A stretch of 64,000 bases of DNA from contig CM059432.1 of the NCBI GenBank assembly GCA_030390025.1, forward strand, positions 146,384,001 to 146,448,000, written 5' to 3'. This DNA comes from Squalus acanthias. Lineage: Eukaryota. The notes beneath the pieces are model-generated. The model saw nothing but the letters and a program-made list of their open reading frames with translations. It made no database searches and had not been told where the DNA came from. Made by a program: the position numbers and the translations under genes. Positions 59,576 through 64,000 of this stretch are shown piece by piece (the stretch's first letter is position 1; each line of letters begins with the position of its first letter).

Positions 59576-62520
59576 GGGCTAGAAATTCAGCTCCCTAGCG
59601 CCCGATCTTTCGGCGCTGCGGGTGTCGTTTTGATTCCAAATTGGCGTCTGAGGAGCGTGCGCGCACTTCTGGCGCGGGCTGCATTGGACGGCATTTTGCC
59701 GCGGTCGTTTACGTCGGCGCAGGGAGCGTGCGCCAGAAGTATGCAGAGTACACAGGTCGTGATGTCAATCAGCGTGCGACGCTGATTTGACGCCAGCGCT
59801 GCTGTTTTCGACCTCAACGCGGGAGCTATCGCCCTCTCCATGTCCCACAGCTGAACATGCGTTCAGCAGCAGGAAGGATCCCCCACCAGCGCTATTTAAA
59901 GGGATCATCACCTACTTAAAGGTTAGTTGCTGATTGATTTCTACTGGCTGTTGCTGAGTTTGTAGAAGCGTTTGGTGGTCTCTGCAGTTATTTGAGGTTC
60001 CCTAAAATCTACAGGAGTGGTGTGTGGCACCTGCTCAAGGACTTGGTACTGACTTGCAAGGCTTCTGCTCAGATCAGTTGCTGCCAGACATGGTCGCAGT
60101 AGATTGTAAGTCCTTGGCCTGCAGGATGACAAGACGATTGAGCTCAGGTGACTCAGAGCAGGACAAGTTGCTCGAAGAATTGGAGGAGGAGGATGGGAGG
60201 AGGCGACCAACACAGCCCCTTACTGCCTGGCTGTCCGTGATCGACTAATTCGACTGCGGTACCAGGAAACGCAACCCCCAACTCCACATTCACCAATAGT
60301 CCCACACCTTCCCTTCCCTCTCTTACTGAACATCACAGCGTCGGCTTGGCCACAATGCAAATGGTGAGTGCGAGTGCTGCAGTGAAAGCTCGGCTTGTTG
60401 CCACACAAGCACAGACTGCTGCCATCATGGCTGCGTTTACCAGTGTGGAAAGGGTCTTGCAGGATGTCACAGCATTGCAGCAATCTGTCCTCCCACTGAT
60501 TACTGGAAATGCTGAGGCACTGCCCCAGGGGAGTGGCAGTGGCTCCGTGGAGAACGAACCTCCTGTCGTCTCTCAGGGTGACAGCATTCGTCCTCCCAGC
60601 ACTGCCACTCCGCCAGTGCCCTTGCTGTTGCCTGTCAGCCAGCCAGCCCAGACTGCTGCCGCCAATGCCAAGGTGGTGCAGTCCGAAGCCGGGCCTTCTA
60701 GGCCCACAGCTGATTGAGGTCATCCTCCGGGCCATCTGAAGTCTCCCCCACTGAAAGCCAGCAACCTTCCACCAGCCATGTTGCAGCCACTGGGGTAGCA
60801 CTGTGTAGGAGTGTGATTGGGTGGCTTCGGCTTGTGCTGCAATGGAAGCTGAGACATTGGCCATCAGTCGCTGCATCATGGTTGGGTCCACAAGTGCGCA
60901 AATGGATTTGCCCACCAGTTCCATGCTGGAAAGGATGGGCTCCAAGCTCTGCGCAAAGCCCTGTGCAAGGTTGGTGACGGACTCCTCCACGCTCCTTGAC
61001 ATTGTAGTCAGGCTTTCTGGCAGTCCTGCCAAAGCACCAAGCATCTCATTGTGCATGCCCATCAGCATTCTTCTGTAGGCCGCCCCGTCAATGTCCTCAT
61101 CTGAGTCCCGTGCAGCAGGACTCGTGTCCGACCTCGCCCTCCGGTGAGCTGGCACCTGCTCTACCCTTTCTCCCTGCCCTGGCTGCAGGCCGCTCACTGC
61201 CCGGTGACTCACCACGTGCGGATCCCTCCTCTGTGTCCCCCTCTAAATGACACGCAGTGTCAGTATCTGAGCTGGTGGCTGCCACTGTGAAATCGAGTGA
61301 CCGTGCTGTGTCTTCTTCATCACTGCCTTCTTCCTCTTGCAGTTCCTGCTCCTCCACCACTGCCTGGCCATGTTAGAGCTCTTGGCTATCTTAAAGGAGA
61401 AAGGGGGGTGAAAGCAAGAGGTGCATGCTTACACCACCTGCAGCTTGTAAATCAGAAGTGATTGTGGGATGAGGGGGAAGTGGGATGTGAGAAGGAGGAT
61501 TAGGTATGAGGATACCATCATCTTGCAGTGTTTCAGCCGCGCGCTCACCACCGGCTCAGCGATGGCCGCTCCAATAATCTCCTGCACCGTCTCCTCCATG
61601 GGGGTTAGGTCATGCAGGTGCACCTGTCTCCCTGTGGGTAGCCCCCGCTGCCTCCAGTTATGAGCTACCTTGTCCTGCAAGAGAGAGGAAGTTGTGTCAG
61701 CGAGTGTGGTGCAATGTGTTTGGGTGATGTGCCTGTCATGGTAGAATAGCTGGCAGTGTGTGCAAGCTGTGAGATGTGGGTGTGAGGCTTGCAGCAGTGC
61801 TAAGTGTGTGAGGGTGAGATGAAGCTATGAATGTGAGGTATGTGTCGTGATTGATAGAAATTGTTGGTAGGTGATTGAAGAGCGTGTAGTGAATTGACCA
61901 TTGTCTGAGGCTAGCAGTTCAGTTGTAAGGATATGGCATTTGAAGATGAATTCACTGACCTGGACCACTCGTGTGAGGTCATTAAACTTCTTGAATTCAG
62001 CTCCTCGGGGCTACACTGCTGGCATTGACCACAATGGCTATCTGCTCCCATTGCCTTTTCTGAATTTGCCTTGAGGGCCTTCTGGCCCCCTGTGGAAACA
62101 GGAGCAGTCTTCTCCTGCCCCCCTCCTGCACCAAGGCCTCCAGTGCTGCATCTGAGAAACTTGGAGCATGTTCTTTCCCCTGTTGTGTACATTAGTACTT
62201 CTTCCTCCTGCTCAGACTCTGTTCCCCAGCCAGTTGAATTACCTGCTGCAGCCAGTATGCACCTCCCCTTTAAGAGGTGCAGGCTGGCTTTAAGAAGTGC
62301 AGGCTAGCTTTAATTTGTGCTAGCCTCGCACGAACTTGGGCCCCCTGCTGATCGTGCACCCACTCAGCATGCATTCAGCACTGGGCTGCACGCCACAATC
62401 ATTATAATTAACAGGTAGCACCAAGTTTGCATGCTGCCTGCATTAATTTGAATGGGCGAGGGTTGATCCCGTATCATGATCCCCCGCATCCATTTTCGTG
62501 GGCAATCGAATTTTTAGCCC
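59576..62520 (+). mobile_element. Non-autonomous Harbinger: transposase mostly deleted, Myb gene on - with an internal inversion
   Basis: TIR GGGCTAGAAATTC / GAATTTTTAGCCC with TSD ATG; Myb exons 62190-60815. Confidence 0.9.
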
Positions 62521-62559
62521 ATGGTTACCAAAGCTCTCCACTATTGGGGTTATTTTAAA

Positions 62560-63425
62560 TTTTTTTATTTATTCATTCACAGGAGGTAGGCATCGCTGGC
62601 AAGGTCAGCATTTATTGCCCATCCCTAATTTCCTTGAAAAGGTGATGGTGAGCCGCCTTCTTGAACAGCTGTAGTCCATGTTGTGAAGGTACTCCCACAG
62701 TGCTGTTAGGGAGGGAGTTCCTGGATTTTGACCCAGCAACGCTGAAGGAACAGCGATATACTTCCAAGTCAGGATGGTGTGTGACTTGGAGAGGAACTTG
62801 GAGATTGTAGTATTCCCATGCACCTGATGCCCTTGTTCTTCTAGGTTGTAGAAGCCGCAGATTTGGGAGGTGCTGTCGAAGAAGGCTTGGCGAGTTGCTG
62901 CAGTGCATCTTGTAGATGGTACACACTGCAGCCATGGTACACCAGTGGTGGAGGGAGTGAATGTTTAAGGTGGTGGATGGGGTGCCGATCAAACGGGTTG
63001 CTTTGTCTTGGAAGGTGTCGAGCTTCTTGAGTGTTGTTGGAGCTGCACTCATCCAGGCAAGTGGAGAGTATTCCATCACACTCCTTACTTGTACCTTGTA
63101 GATGGTGGAAAGGCTTTGGGGAGGCAGGAGGTGAGACACTCAGTACAAAATACCCAGCCTCTGACCTGCTCTTGTTGCCACAGTATTTATATGGCTGGTT
63201 CAGTTAAGTTTCTGGTCAATAGTGACTCCCAGGATGTTGATGGTGGGGGGTTCTACGATGGTAGGGCCATTGAGTGTCAAGGGGCGGTGCTTAGACTCTT
63301 TCTTGTTGGAGATAGTCATTGCCTGGTACTTGTGTGGTGCGAATGTTACCTGCCACTTATCAGCCCAAGCCTGGATGTTGTCCAGGTCTTGTTGCATGCG
63401 GGTATGGACTGCTTCATTATCTGAG
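62560..63425 (-). mobile_element. 5'-truncated LINE of the same family as 11583-13010
   Basis: MQQDLDNIQAWADKWQVTF, QVRSVMEYSP, same 3' UTR. Confidence 0.88.
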
Positions 63426-63429
63426 GTTA

Positions 63430-64000
63430 TCCTCATGTCATTCCTGGGGCTGTTTTAGCTCCCATGTTAGCTGATATAGTAAACGGTTCCTTCTCCTCTG
63501 ATACTGACCCACTCCCCTTCAATTCTGCCATCATCACCCGCTTCCTCAAAAAACTCACCATTGACCTCCGTGTCATAGAAAACTATTGCCCCATCTCCAC
63601 CCTTCCTTTCCTCTCCAAAGGCCTTTAATGTATTGTCGCCTCCCAAATCCGTGCCAATCTTTCCCACAACTCCATGTTTGAACCTCTCCAATCAGGTTTC
63701 CGCCCCTGCCACAGCACTGAAGCAGCCCTAATCAAACTCACAAATGACATCCTGTGAAACTGTGACCGTGGTGCACTATTCCTCCTCATCCTTCTTGACC
63801 CGTCTACAGCTTTTTGCACCATCCTCCTCCAACGCCTCTCCTCCAGTGTCCAGCTGGGTGGGACTACACTCGCCAGGTTCCATTCTTATCGATCCAGTCG
63901 TAGCCAGAGAATCACCTGCAATGGCTTATCTTCCCGCTCCCGCATCGTTACCTCTGGTGTCCCCCAAGGACCTATCCTCGGCCCCCTCCTATTTCTCATC
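63430..64000 (+). mobile_element. L2-clade LINE RT fragment (runs off window)
   Basis: [52 protein letters not shown]. Confidence 0.85.

Overview
Vertebrate DNA, very probably from a cartilaginous fish (shark/ray): it carries HE1-type V-SINE and SacSINE1-type DeuSINE copies and the CR1 and Penelope repeats typical of elasmobranchs. The window is almost entirely nested transposable elements and contains no recognisable intact host protein-coding gene. Contents: many CR1 LINE fragments, a second CR1-group LINE family, L2 and RTE fragments; several PIF/Harbinger elements (DDE transposase plus convergent spliced Myb/SANT gene) and Harbinger MITEs; two hAT-type MITEs; two solo LTRs; Penelope fragments with hammerhead ribozyme cores; a C2H2 zinc-finger relic; two minisatellites. 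Best lead: two copies of a Tx1/L1-clade retrotransposon each start at exactly the same nucleotide inside the tRNA-derived head of two different DeuSINE copies, one with a 15-bp target-site duplication, suggesting a SINE-targeting site-specific retrotransposon. Second lead: a Harbinger MITE family whose two copies keep hairpins with compensatory base changes and clustered GTAAGT donor motifs. All calls were made by eye. Boundaries with a stated TSD/TIR are near-exact; the others are approximate.
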